Source: Escherichia phage IME08. Taken from it: 64,000 nt of DNA. The stretch lies in sequence record NC_014260.1. One strand, written 5' to 3'. Below are positions 18,528 through 27,176 of the stretch, piece by piece. The translations under genes and the position numbers were made by a program. Within the stretch, counting starts at the first letter, position 1, and each line of letters begins with the position of its first letter. The notes under the pieces are model-generated. The model saw only the letters and a program-made list of their open reading frames with translations. It was not told the origin of the DNA and did no database searches.

Positions 18528-20612
18528 TTACCCTTGGATGAATTTTTCTGGGATGTCATAGAGGTCTATGCATGAAGCCAAAAGAGGCAGTACATCAAAC
18601 CGTGTAGATTTGACAAATGAATCAAAAGATACAGGGCTTTCGGAAGTATCGAAGTCATCTTGATATACGACCAACTCGCCGGTTTCCATTAGTACGTCAC
18701 CATCATACACCACAGATTCTTGAAGCTCATCTGTCGTCATAACTTCAGCTTGGATGAGTTTTGTATTATTAGATGTTGTTCCGTCATTATTAGAAGCATC
18801 TGTTATTTTATTAACTTTGACCATCAATCCGCGCGGTAGAATAACTTCAGCTTCTGTTGCTATTCCGAGACTTCCTGGATATACAACATTGACTTTATGA
18901 GCCCCATCAATCGCCCATCCTATTTGAACTTTAACGTAATCAGGATTTTCTTTATACGCTCTTATTTCATTAGGATTAATAGTTATTCCTTCTTCATTTT
19001 TATCGACTGTCAATTCATCGCGAACTTCCGGTTCTAAAAGACCAATACCAGCGTGTGTAACACCAAATCGTCCAAAAATGATAGGGGTTAAAGAAGTAGA
19101 TACAAAATTTCTGAAATAGAACACTTTATTTTTAACTAGTGCTTCGTATATAGGAGCAGTCATACTCTGTGCACGATAAACTGTGATGCCTTCTGGTATA
19201 CGGTCACCGTTTTCAAAAGCAGAATCCAAATTATTGACTGCAGATTCAATAGATTTTTCGTTCATTACATCATAGTTATGAGGATTATAGCGTCCTAAAA
19301 GAAGATTATTGATGTCTGTATATCCAGAACCACAATATTCTCTGATGCCGCGCTTTTGTGATGGGGTATATTTAGAGCCCTCACGAGCAATAGTAATATC
19401 GACCATAATACCGCCGCCCACACCAGCAAAACTATATACGCGTTTTTTAATGAATTTGGTCTTGGCTGCTTTCCACTTGGACTCGGTCAATTCATTCCAG
19501 AGGTCGTCGGGTTGGCCTTTACGAGTTTTGTTATGCTGGGCCAACCATTCGCCTTTGTATTCTTCGAAAACGGTATTAATAACAGAGGCATATTTTTCTA
19601 GAGCTTTAACAGATGTCAAAGGTTCGTTTTTGATGGCTGTAAGAATTTTCTCTTTAATTTTCTCTTGGATTTCACCTATACCATGAAGAGGAAACATTTT
19701 ATAATCGTAATGCAACTCTTCAGCAGTGCCTTCGGCTACTATATTAGCCACCTTATTTTTAGCCGCAGGAGAATTGTTATTAGTAACCATTTCCTGAGCC
19801 TCAGGGATTAATGGAGCTGTTGCCGGTTTATTAAAATCTACGGCAGTTGCTTCATATTTCTTAAACAGTTCACTTTCATTACGATAAGATTCTAACGATT
19901 GACTTGCTGCAATGGCACGACGAGAAATCTTAGTCTTGGTTATAACCATTTTATCAGTGCGACGTTCTTCAACTTTAGCAATACTGCCGGCAATAGCAGT
20001 TTCTTTAGTAACCTGCACACCTTCTTTTTTAGAAATATAAACTTCACCGACATCAGAATCTACCTTAGTGTATAATTCGGCATTAATTCCTGGCATACCT
20101 TTGATATCTTCGATATCAGCTTGTTTACGAACTACTAAGATATAAGTATGTTTACCAGTAAATTGGTACATAGCCGGAACTACTTTAAAACGTCCACCGG
20201 TTTTCTGTGCTACCAAACGTTGGATAATACGTTGGACAATAGGGCCTTGTCCTTTCATTTTCTTGGTAGGAAAACGGAACATGATGGCATCCATACGAAG
20301 CTTTTTAACTTGTTCGAATACTACGTCGAAAATGGTATTAATGGCATCAATAGGAGTAGGGCCTAAGCCGCCTTTAAGTTCAGCAGGAGAACCTTTAGCC
20401 GAAAGGCTCATAAGGATAACGTGGGCATATTTGTCACCTAATTTAACTTGTTTAATGGCATCGCCTTCAGAAGCGTAGGACACCATACGCGCCACTAATT
20501 GAGACTCTACGTCTCCAATCTTCCAAATCTGTGGTACTTTAAGTTTAGGGTTCAAGTTTACTGTAGGCAGTGTGCCTTCGGACTCAAACACTTCATTTAA
20601 TTGTTCGGTCAT
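18528..20612 (-). CDS. Alt-like ADP-ribosyltransferase, paralog B
   Basis: 694 aa; same architecture (YRAQ…, FVSTS, EAEVILPRG); divergent central segment. Confidence 0.85.
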   Translation of the reverse strand: MTEQLNEVFESEGTLPTVNLNPKLKVPQIWKIGDVESQLVARMVSYASEGDAIKQVKLGDKYAHVILMSLSAKGSPAELKGGLGPTPIDAINTIFDVVFEQVKKLRMDAIMFRFPTKKMKGQGPIVQRIIQRLVAQKTGGRFKVVPAMYQFTGKHTYILVVRKQADIEDIKGMPGINAELYTKVDSDVGEVYISKKEGVQVTKETAIAGSIAKVEERRTDKMVITKTKISRRAIAASQSLESYRNESELFKKYEATAVDFNKPATAPLIPEAQEMVTNNNSPAAKNKVANIVAEGTAEELHYDYKMFPLHGIGEIQEKIKEKILTAIKNEPLTSVKALEKYASVINTVFEEYKGEWLAQHNKTRKGQPDDLWNELTESKWKAAKTKFIKKRVYSFAGVGGGIMVDITIAREGSKYTPSQKRGIREYCGSGYTDINNLLLGRYNPHNYDVMNEKSIESAVNNLDSAFENGDRIPEGITVYRAQSMTAPIYEALVKNKVFYFRNFVSTSLTPIIFGRFGVTHAGIGLLEPEVRDELTVDKNEEGITINPNEIRAYKENPDYVKVQIGWAIDGAHKVNVVYPGSLGIATEAEVILPRGLMVKVNKITDASNNDGTTSNNTKLIQAEVMTTDELQESVVYDGDVLMETGELVVYQDDFDTSESPVSFDSFVKSTRFDVLPLLASCIDLYDIPEKFIQG

Positions 20613-20648
20613 AATAATTCCTCTTTAATAACCTTATTTATGCCAGAA

Positions 20649-20664
20649 AAGGCCCGAAGGCCTT
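20649..20664. terminator. hairpin AAGGCC-CGAA-GGCCTT (C(UUCG)G on minus transcript)
   Basis: Immediately upstream of alt paralog B start on the minus strand. Confidence 0.5.
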
Positions 20665-20836
20665 AAAGTGGTAGCAACGTACGGTATACTTCGAATGTCG
20701 GGCCTTTTTCGTAGCCATCAAAGACCTCAATAAATTTATTATATGCGGCTTCATCTATGAATTCTAAAATGGTTTGAGAAACGGCTGGGGCAGCCGTAGT
20801 ATGCGATATTACAATTGTTTCTAAATAAGCTTTCAT
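20663..20836 (-). CDS. hypothetical small protein (alt.1-like position)
   Basis: Probable start at internal ATG 20836, 1 nt after the ligase stop; ORF-track ORF 20663-20878. Confidence 0.4.
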   Translation of the reverse strand: MKAYLETIVISHTTAAPAVSQTILEFIDEAAYNKFIEVFDGYEKGPTFEVYRTLLPL

Positions 20837-20837
20837 A

Positions 20838-22343
20838 TTATAGTCCAGTTTGAGACCAATCACCGAATACATCTTCAAATGTATCAGCTTCTGTTTTATC
20901 GAAACGCCAACCTTTAATGATTGGAAGGAAAATACCTACAGTATCTGTACGTCCTTTAGAATGAACCCAACCATTACATTCACAGTCAGCAATACGTCCA
21001 ATCAACTTACCTTCACGAGCTTGTTTCATAAGAAGTTCACGGTCTAAATCAGGACGGTCTTCCAATGGAATCAATACCTTTTTACCTGATTTATCTTTCT
21101 TATGGGTGGTATCTTTAAAGCCTGAACCACAGTCACTTGTAATTCGTCGACAACGTGATACCAACTCGACCCCACCTAGTTTGTTAGGGTCCTTCGAGTG
21201 TTCATAATAACCTACTACTTCTAAAGCGATATCGATTACTTCTTTGAACTTGATAAGATTCTTAGAACGGCGGTTTTCCCAGTAGGAGTCCATGTTCTTA
21301 AGGATAATGCCTTCCAGACCTTGGTCGACATATTTTTTATAAACGACTTTAGCTTCTTCAAGATTATTAACCCATTGCGTTTCGATAGGCTCGACACGTG
21401 TAAAGCCTTCAGCCATTTGTACTAATGCCGCTAAACGAACATCGTATTTTTGACCTTTAATTTTGCCTTCAGAATAAACTTCATCCAGTGGAACAAAGTC
21501 CCATGCCTGTAATACCATACCATCGGCTTCAGCCGGAGTAATAGTTCCTTGAAGAGCCTTGTTAGCCAAGCCGTTTGAAGTAGAACGATCAGCGACAGTT
21601 TGGAATTCCTTAGCCTTACTTAATTCAGGAAGTTCCTCATCAAACATACTAAACAAATCATTAGATGCTTTAGGTTCTACTTTAGGAGTATGGTAAACTA
21701 ATTCACCATCAATCATAACCCCATTAGGATGGCGTTGTCGAGCTTCTTCGGTCATTTTAATAAGTTCGGCTGCAAGCTTAGTAAGCCCTTGATATTCATT
21801 ACCACCACGAGTAAGGAATGTCACCCCATCGTTACGAACTTCGGCAAAACAACGAGCACCGTCAGCTTTTAATTGAGCAAACGCTGGCCATTTAATATTT
21901 TTCTTAATTAAAGCTTCATCATAAGAACTAGCTAACATTTGAGGTTGTTCAGGGATTAAACCTTTCCAAACCTTGTTAGCAATAGAAATCGATGCACCGC
22001 ATTCAAGGTCACGCATCATTACACGACGTAATACCTCGGCATCCGAGGCCTTAGCATCAGCAATGATTTGAGCCAGTTCTTCAATAGCCGCATTACCCGT
22101 AATCTTACGGGTGGCTAATGTGAACTCTGCGAAATCAAGAAGGTCTTCAAGAGTAATCATACCAAAGGATTGAGACGTAAATCCAGGTTCTGGCCACTTT
22201 TTAATGCCATAGTTTAAACGACGGGTATAAGCCATACGATAAACACGTTTCAGAAGCTCATCGTCCTTTTCACGAGCAATAATGGCTTCTTTAGCTTTAG
22301 TAGAATCAATAGCAGCAATTTCGTTTAAGATATCTAAAATCAT
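20838..22343 (-). CDS. 30: ATP-dependent DNA ligase gp30
   Basis: Start at internal ATG (MILDILNEIAAI…); KADGARC adenylation motif; colinear with recalled T4 ligase. Confidence 0.9.
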   Translation of the reverse strand: MILDILNEIAAIDSTKAKEAIIAREKDDELLKRVYRMAYTRRLNYGIKKWPEPGFTSQSFGMITLEDLLDFAEFTLATRKITGNAAIEELAQIIADAKASDAEVLRRVMMRDLECGASISIANKVWKGLIPEQPQMLASSYDEALIKKNIKWPAFAQLKADGARCFAEVRNDGVTFLTRGGNEYQGLTKLAAELIKMTEEARQRHPNGVMIDGELVYHTPKVEPKASNDLFSMFDEELPELSKAKEFQTVADRSTSNGLANKALQGTITPAEADGMVLQAWDFVPLDEVYSEGKIKGQKYDVRLAALVQMAEGFTRVEPIETQWVNNLEEAKVVYKKYVDQGLEGIILKNMDSYWENRRSKNLIKFKEVIDIALEVVGYYEHSKDPNKLGGVELVSRCRRITSDCGSGFKDTTHKKDKSGKKVLIPLEDRPDLDRELLMKQAREGKLIGRIADCECNGWVHSKGRTDTVGIFLPIIKGWRFDKTEADTFEDVFGDWSQTGL

Positions 22344-22353
22344 AATCACCTCA

Positions 22354-22632
22354 TTAGTCATGGATTCTATTATAAGCCACATCGGCCAAAAGCAAGTCTA
22401 ATCGCTTATGATAAGAGAACACAAATCTCATTCGCCCGTCAGATTTAATTTTGGACATAAAATGGACATAAATGAATCCCTGTTCGACGCATTCGCGCCA
22501 AACAGGATGGTCTTTAGCCGGATTTACATCAAATGAGTAATCATGATTCACATGACGAATAAACTGGTTTACATGACCATAATCCATTGTAGTGGTAGGA
22601 CCATAGTCTGAAATTGTATGAACTACAAACAT
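22354..22632 (-). CDS. hypothetical protein (30.1-like)
   Basis: ORF with internal start MFVVHTIS…; T4-like position. Confidence 0.45.
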   Translation of the reverse strand: MFVVHTISDYGPTTTMDYGHVNQFIRHVNHDYSFDVNPAKDHPVWRECVEQGFIYVHFMSKIKSDGRMRFVFSYHKRLDLLLADVAYNRIHD

Positions 22633-22633
22633 A

Positions 22634-23272
22634 TTAACCTCGAGCAATCCATTCAACTGCGGCATTATTACGAAGGGATTCGATTGCTGCGATATCGTCC
22701 CATGAATTAACCTTTACGGCTAAATTAGGTTTAAAGTCACGTTCACCACGAGCTAACCAATAAACTTGGATATCCATGAGAACATTAGATGCTGCATCGC
22801 AGTGGTGAGCCAAATCATCAACATAAAACTTAATACGTTTACCGTATGTATTTTTAGCTCTTATGAACAAGTCTTCTTTTGATTCTGAATGACCACACAT
22901 CAGAATCTCCTTGAATGCGCCAGGGAACAAAGCATTCAAATTGAATTGTCTATTCAGCAGGGCATCAATTGAGTCGCCTAGCGCAGTCACGGCTACAAAA
23001 TCGAAGTCTTTTTTGAGCTTGTTGATATGTTTTAATGCGTCCATGTAAGGAGACAGATAACGAATAAAATCCGACTGATTATATTTCTCGATTAAACGAG
23101 CGCCCAATTCATTATCACAATTAAACAGCTCGCCTGGAGATAAGAAACGTTCGTCCTGAATCATATTCAAAATATGTTCTAAAGGCAAATTATATTTCTG
23201 TGCGAAATAAGGCAAGCCGGACTGCCAACTTAAACATACTCCATCGATATCTGTTAAGATAACTGGTTTCAT
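22634..23272 (-). CDS. HAD-superfamily phosphatase-like protein (30.2-like)
   Basis: 212 aa; N-terminal LTDIDGV (DxDG nucleophile motif) and distal Asp-containing motif. Confidence 0.55.
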   Translation of the reverse strand: MKPVILTDIDGVCLSWQSGLPYFAQKYNLPLEHILNMIQDERFLSPGELFNCDNELGARLIEKYNQSDFIRYLSPYMDALKHINKLKKDFDFVAVTALGDSIDALLNRQFNLNALFPGAFKEILMCGHSESKEDLFIRAKNTYGKRIKFYVDDLAHHCDAASNVLMDIQVYWLARGERDFKPNLAVKVNSWDDIAAIESLRNNAAVEWIARG

Positions 23273-23736
23273 AATAAATCTCTCAATTTGTTTAGGATGT
23301 CGATAAACTCTTTTTCAGTTAGTATTGTATCACATTCTGTAAGGTGGCTTGCCATCGAATGCTTTAAAACTTTACCTTTAGTGGCTTGTAACGCATCGCG
23401 GAATCCTTTGTTCTGGAGCGCTGCTTCAAAATACGCACTTTCGTAAAGCTCTTTCCACGCTGTGGAATATCTTGAAAACGGAGTTCCAAGCCAGAACAAC
23501 GTACCACGGTCCTGAGCTCTAGCATAAGCTCGTCCAGCTTGCTGAGCGGCCAACCCGGACATCCCAAATATACGTCTTTGTTGTTCAACATTTTTCACCT
23601 TACACCCTTGGAGGAATCCTTCGAGTCCACCAAATTGGATACCATCCATAACGAAAGGCCATTTAGCAAAGTTACTTAATGCGCATGATGGCCACGGAAA
23701 GTTGCTTCTGATTTCTAACTCAGACATCTTTGACAC
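23269..23736 (-). CDS. NADAR (YbiA-like) domain protein (30.3-like)
   Basis: 155 aa; LSNFAKWPFVMDGIQFGGLEGFLQGCK parallels E. coli YbiA FSNFAAWPIKVDGKTWPTSEHYFQAQK (recalled). Confidence 0.5.
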   Translation of the reverse strand: MSKMSELEIRSNFPWPSCALSNFAKWPFVMDGIQFGGLEGFLQGCKVKNVEQQRRIFGMSGLAAQQAGRAYARAQDRGTLFWLGTPFSRYSTAWKELYESAYFEAALQNKGFRDALQATKGKVLKHSMASHLTECDTILTEKEFIDILNKLRDLL

Positions 23737-23932
23737 TTACTACATCAACGTTTGCCCAATGTCCATAACTAGGTAGACGGTCTTTAATAGATAATCCACC
23801 GTCAGATTTCAGCATTTTAATTGTTTTAGTATATGGTTCAATATTTCGGGCCCATGGACTCCCGTCTGTTACGCGATAAGTCACTTCGACCATTTCCGTA
23901 CCTAATAATTTCTGAATCAATTTCTTAACCAT
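23720..23932 (-). CDS. hypothetical small protein
   Basis: 70-aa ORF in early cluster. Confidence 0.4.
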   Translation of the reverse strand: MVKKLIQKLLGTEMVEVTYRVTDGSPWARNIEPYTKTIKMLKSDGGLSIKDRLPSYGHWANVDVVSVKDV

Positions 23933-23933
23933 A

Positions 23934-24128
23934 TTATCCTCGCTTTAAACATTTGATTACAGACAGTTCACCACCCATACGAACATCTTCAGTTCCATCG
24001 ACCCATAGGACGGTGTAGGCTTCTTTAATAGTAACATTACCTAATTTAAAAGCAGGTATAACCTTTGAAATCATGCCAGGAATACCTACACCTTTTAATT
24101 GGACTGTTTGCGATAAGAATAGTTGCAT
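23934..24128 (-). CDS. hypothetical small protein
   Basis: 64-aa ORF, tightly packed with neighbours. Confidence 0.4.
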   Translation of the reverse strand: MQLFLSQTVQLKGVGIPGMISKVIPAFKLGNVTIKEAYTVLWVDGTEDVRMGGELSVIKCLKRG

Positions 24129-24415
24129 TAGAACCTCATCTGAAAGCCATGTGATTTAACATTACCGCCATAGATGTCAGATGTATTGACTTCACGTGCA
24201 GCGCTCGGGTCGATATTGATATCATGGTTGAGCTTAGTGATTGCTAGGGTATCACGACCATTAACAGTACGGAATTCTACTGGGCACACAGCATCAGCAT
24301 AAGCCTTAATAGATTCACGAGTAGGTTGTTTGTCGGCAGGAACGTCTTTACCTGCTTTAGAGAAAACAACTTCACAGAAATTTTTACGAGTATCAAAATA
24401 AGTGGTCATAAACAT
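24128..24415 (-). CDS. hypothetical protein
   Basis: Start at internal ATG after GAGGAAA RBS. Confidence 0.45.
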   Translation of the reverse strand: MFMTTYFDTRKNFCEVVFSKAGKDVPADKQPTRESIKAYADAVCPVEFRTVNGRDTLAITKLNHDINIDPSAAREVNTSDIYGGNVKSHGFQMRF

Positions 24416-24430
24416 AATATTTTCCTCAAA

Positions 24431-24446
24431 GGAGGCCGAAGCCTCC
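24431..24446. terminator. hairpin GGAGGC-CGAA-GCCTCC (C(UUCG)G on minus transcript)
   Basis: Between two minus-strand ORFs; the stem contains the RBS-like GGAGG. Confidence 0.5.
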
Positions 24447-24456
24447 ATTTTTAAGA

Positions 24457-24822
24457 TTAGATATCGAATTCGTTCAGAACTACATCAAAGATTGCTTCCA
24501 GGTGTTCAGGTTTAGCTCGGTTGCTCAGGATGTGACGAATCCAAGTTTTAACCAGAAGCTTACGATTATCACCGTTCCAGCAAGGATGGGTACCTAAATC
24601 ACGTTGACGGAAATCGTCATCTAAAGCGATTTTAAAAGTAGAACCTTCCATTGTGATTGAAACCGTAATACCATTTTCAAAGCGCATATAAACGTAGTTA
24701 GGAGTCATGCACTGTTCGATTTCGCACACTGTACCGTTGTTGTGTTTCCACAGGCAAATAACTTCAGAAGAACCAGCGATACCGTTAGAAACATATTTAC
24801 GTTCGAAGTTGATGTAGTTCAT
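24457..24822 (-). CDS. hypothetical protein
   Basis: 121-aa ORF preceded by an early-promoter cassette. Confidence 0.5.
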   Translation of the reverse strand: MNYINFERKYVSNGIAGSSEVICLWKHNNGTVCEIEQCMTPNYVYMRFENGITVSITMEGSTFKIALDDDFRQRDLGTHPCWNGDNRKLLVKTWIRHILSNRAKPEHLEAIFDVVLNEFDI

Positions 24823-24863
24823 TTTATTCTCCAGTTTGTTTTCGTATTATTTGGTACAGGTCT

Positions 24864-24892
24864 ATAATAACACAACCTGTACCAAAGTAAAC
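24864..24892 (-). promoter_or_regulatory. T4-type early promoter (GTTTAC-N17-TATTAT) with flanking inverted repeat
   Basis: Plus-strand ATAATA 24864-24869 and GTAAAC 24887-24892; GGTACAGG/CCTGTACC inverted repeat brackets the -10. Confidence 0.55.
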
Positions 24893-24896
24893 TGTT

Positions 24897-25265
24897 TTAT
24901 GCAACTTTAATCCAATTATCTAAATTTAATTCACCTTTGGCTTTCATTTTTTCAATCAAATCATCGGCAGTGGTGCGACCATTTTGATACCATGTAACAT
25001 CTTCAGAATAACCGGTTTCTTCATCTTCATAGGTCTTACAACGAATCTTACCGGTTATGATAGTTTTCAGTTCGTAGGTATCACCGGTAAAAAAGTTTGT
25101 TACCATAATTTTCCAAGAGAAGTCATCAGAAGGACCTTCCGGAGTCATGCAACCTACAAATTCAAATTGTTCTTTGTACAAGCGCCATTGCATTTCTTTA
25201 GTTTCGATTGCTTTGTAACCGTCGTGGTCTTTACATTTGATATATGAGTTAAGATTGATTTTCAT
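24897..25265 (-). CDS. hypothetical protein
   Basis: 122-aa ORF preceded by a near-identical promoter cassette. Confidence 0.5.
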   Translation of the reverse strand: MKINLNSYIKCKDHDGYKAIETKEMQWRLYKEQFEFVGCMTPEGPSDDFSWKIMVTNFFTGDTYELKTIITGKIRCKTYEDEETGYSEDVTWYQNGRTTADDLIEKMKAKGELNLDNWIKVA

Positions 25266-25306
25266 TTTATTCTCCAGTTTGTTTTTGTATTATTTGGTAC
25301 ATGTCT

Positions 25307-25335
25307 ATAGTATCATGCCTACCGGAGATGTACAC
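25307..25335 (-). promoter_or_regulatory. T4-type early promoter variant (GTGTAC-N17-TACTAT)
   Basis: Plus-strand ATAGTA 25307-25312 and GTACAC 25330-25335. Confidence 0.45.
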
Positions 25336-25363
25336 CCTTTTTTAAAGATTTAGAAACAAAAAT

Positions 25364-25381
25364 GGGACTCCGAAGAGTCCC
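25364..25381. terminator. hairpin GGGACTC-CGAA-GAGTCCC
   Basis: 7-bp stem directly upstream (minus sense) of promoter cassette and after small ORF stop. Confidence 0.6.
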
Positions 25382-25386
25382 ATAAC

Positions 25387-25548
25387 TTATGCCTGAGGCT
25401 TACCAAAGCAAGCAGCATCTGCACGCAATACTGCACGAGCACGAGCTTGAAGCTTATCAACTACCTGATTGATACGCTTGTTGGACGCACGCTTGTAACC
25501 AGCGCGTTTAGAGGTACCGTCAACTACTTTAACTTCTTTCTTGGCCAT
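25387..25548 (-). CDS. small basic protein, hypothetical
   Basis: 53 aa MAKKEVKVVDGTSKRAGYKRASNKRINQ…; weak RBS; not in ORF track. Confidence 0.3.
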   Translation of the reverse strand: MAKKEVKVVDGTSKRAGYKRASNKRINQVVDKLQARARAVLRADAACFGKPQA

Positions 25549-25875
25549 TTTAAATCTCTTAAATTAGAATGCAGGACTTATTGGCGTTGCCTGCGCAAGC
25601 CCTCAAGGGGAACATAGGTTTCGGATATTTAACGACAGGATAACCATAAACCTCGTCATCATACCAACCACGGCTTAGACAGATAACCTTTTTCTGACGC
25701 GTGATAGTACAAAATACATTCAAGAGGTACACCGTAAAACTGTCGGGGTCTTAAAACTATAATGATTCGCAAATCATTAATCAAACAGTTCGACGGCTCC
25801 TCGGATGATATTAAAGACAACATACAAGCAGGTATCATATTATAGTGGAGGTACCTGCCAACATCCACTTAAAAC

Positions 25876-26124
25876 TTACTTCAGGGTAATAATAAAATGA
25901 CGTACTGCTTTACGAGCTGCTGAAGCCAAAGGCTTAGCAAATTTCAGTTCATCTTTAGCTTCCAGTTCAGCAGCCAGAGTAGCCTGAGCAGGATTCAGAT
26001 GTTTGAAATAACGCAGGATTTCCAGTGCTTCGGCTTCAACATCAATAGATGCGCCGTAGTTTTCGTGACCGTTGTTCCAAGCGTTGCGTTGCAGTTCAAG
26101 AGCGTGATTCAGTTGTTTGTTCAT
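25876..26124 (-). CDS. rIII: rIII lysis-inhibition accessory protein
   Basis: 82 aa (T4 rIII is 82 aa), position between 31 and ligase cluster. Confidence 0.6.
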   Translation of the reverse strand: MNKQLNHALELQRNAWNNGHENYGASIDVEAEALEILRYFKHLNPAQATLAAELEAKDELKFAKPLASAARKAVRHFIITLK

Positions 26125-26261
26125 TTTAGTTTCTCAATTCGAGATAAAGATTGGCGAGCACGTTCGTCTCAGTATTCCAGCTGAGTTGTATCTCGCCGTA
26201 TGGAAGAGGCTAACCCCATACACCAACCGAAGTTCTGTATGACATCAACCTCTTCGTAATT

Positions 26262-26585
26262 TTATTTATACAAGCAAGGAATTGCTTTATAGTGGCAGGT
26301 AACGAATTTTTGTTTAATTTCTTTAGGCTGTTTAATACCCAATGCAACTAAAGGATGAGGCACGTTAGCAATCTTACCAACAGGAAGTGGAGTCAAATCG
26401 CCTACTTCACAAAAACCTTCAGGGACATCAGGTCCTACAGAATAAATTTCACAAAGTTCAGGGATTTCACCTTGATGAAGTTTGCCAATAACGATACCAG
26501 ATGCAGTAGTTTCTTCATCACCAGCTTGTTTTGGTTCGGAAACGAGAATAACATATTCTCCGACCGCTTTAATAGGAAGTTCCAT
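26262..26585 (-). CDS. 31: gp31 co-chaperonin (GroES-like)
   Basis: 107 aa; T4 size 111; position. Confidence 0.8.
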   Translation of the reverse strand: MELPIKAVGEYVILVSEPKQAGDEETTASGIVIGKLHQGEIPELCEIYSVGPDVPEGFCEVGDLTPLPVGKIANVPHPLVALGIKQPKEIKQKFVTCHYKAIPCLYK

Positions 26586-26643
26586 ATTTAATCCATATTG
26601 TTTTGTTGATAGATTAATAATAACACGCTATTCTTAAAGCATA

Positions 26644-26940
26644 TTACAGGACAAGCAGAGTTTCGGTCTGAAGCCCATTAACAGAAATCAGCTTATCGAA
26701 ACGGAATGAGCGCCATTGTTGAAGGTCGACATCAAAAACATATAGAGAATTACGTGGGCCCTGTTTACCTGTTTGAGATTTGAAGTCTTCCTTTTTAGGA
26801 AGAAGGTCTAAGTCCCGAGTACATTTAAGACGACGAATATTACCATTAATCTTTTCAAACACCACTTCGTGAGTGCCTACAGACAGGATGGTTTTTACTT
26901 TTTCACATAGACGAATTGTTTCTTGTTCAGTTAAAATCAT
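26644..26940 (-). CDS. hypothetical protein (31.1-like)
   Basis: 98-aa ORF. Confidence 0.45.
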   Translation of the reverse strand: MILTEQETIRLCEKVKTILSVGTHEVVFEKINGNIRRLKCTRDLDLLPKKEDFKSQTGKQGPRNSLYVFDVDLQQWRSFRFDKLISVNGLQTETLLVL

Positions 26941-26942
26941 AA

Positions 26943-27176
26943 TTATTCCAGAATAGTTTTGATAGTGGTTGCATTACGCTCTTTTAGAGCTCTTAATAGA
27001 TTATGACAATTATCAAGAATAGGCACCGTTTTATATTTCATTTCGGCGCGAACCCACTCGGATTTATAGTACGATTTCCAACGAGAGAAAAAGTACTTTT
27101 TATATTCTACTGAATAGGCTATCAGGTTTTCACCTTTTGAGTTCAGGCCTGAAAATTTAACTAGACGAAATTTCAT
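26943..27176 (-). CDS. hypothetical protein (31.2-like)
   Basis: 77-aa ORF. Confidence 0.45.
   Translation of the reverse strand: MKFRLVKFSGLNSKGENLIAYSVEYKKYFFSRWKSYYKSEWVRAEMKYKTVPILDNCHNLLRALKERNATTIKTILE

Noticed and set aside
25659-25868. 69-aa minus-strand ORF in the gap upstream of the small basic ORF
   Set aside because: No RBS, atypical composition (Cys/Leu/Ile-rich, hydrophobic runs without TM character); treated as non-coding, see the finding on this gap.
25549-25875. Possible tRNA or group I intron in the non-coding gap
   Set aside because: No GTTCRANYC T-loop with matching acceptor stem found on either strand by eye, and the gap is too short and lacks flanking split exons for an intron; needs a covariance-model scan to be sure.
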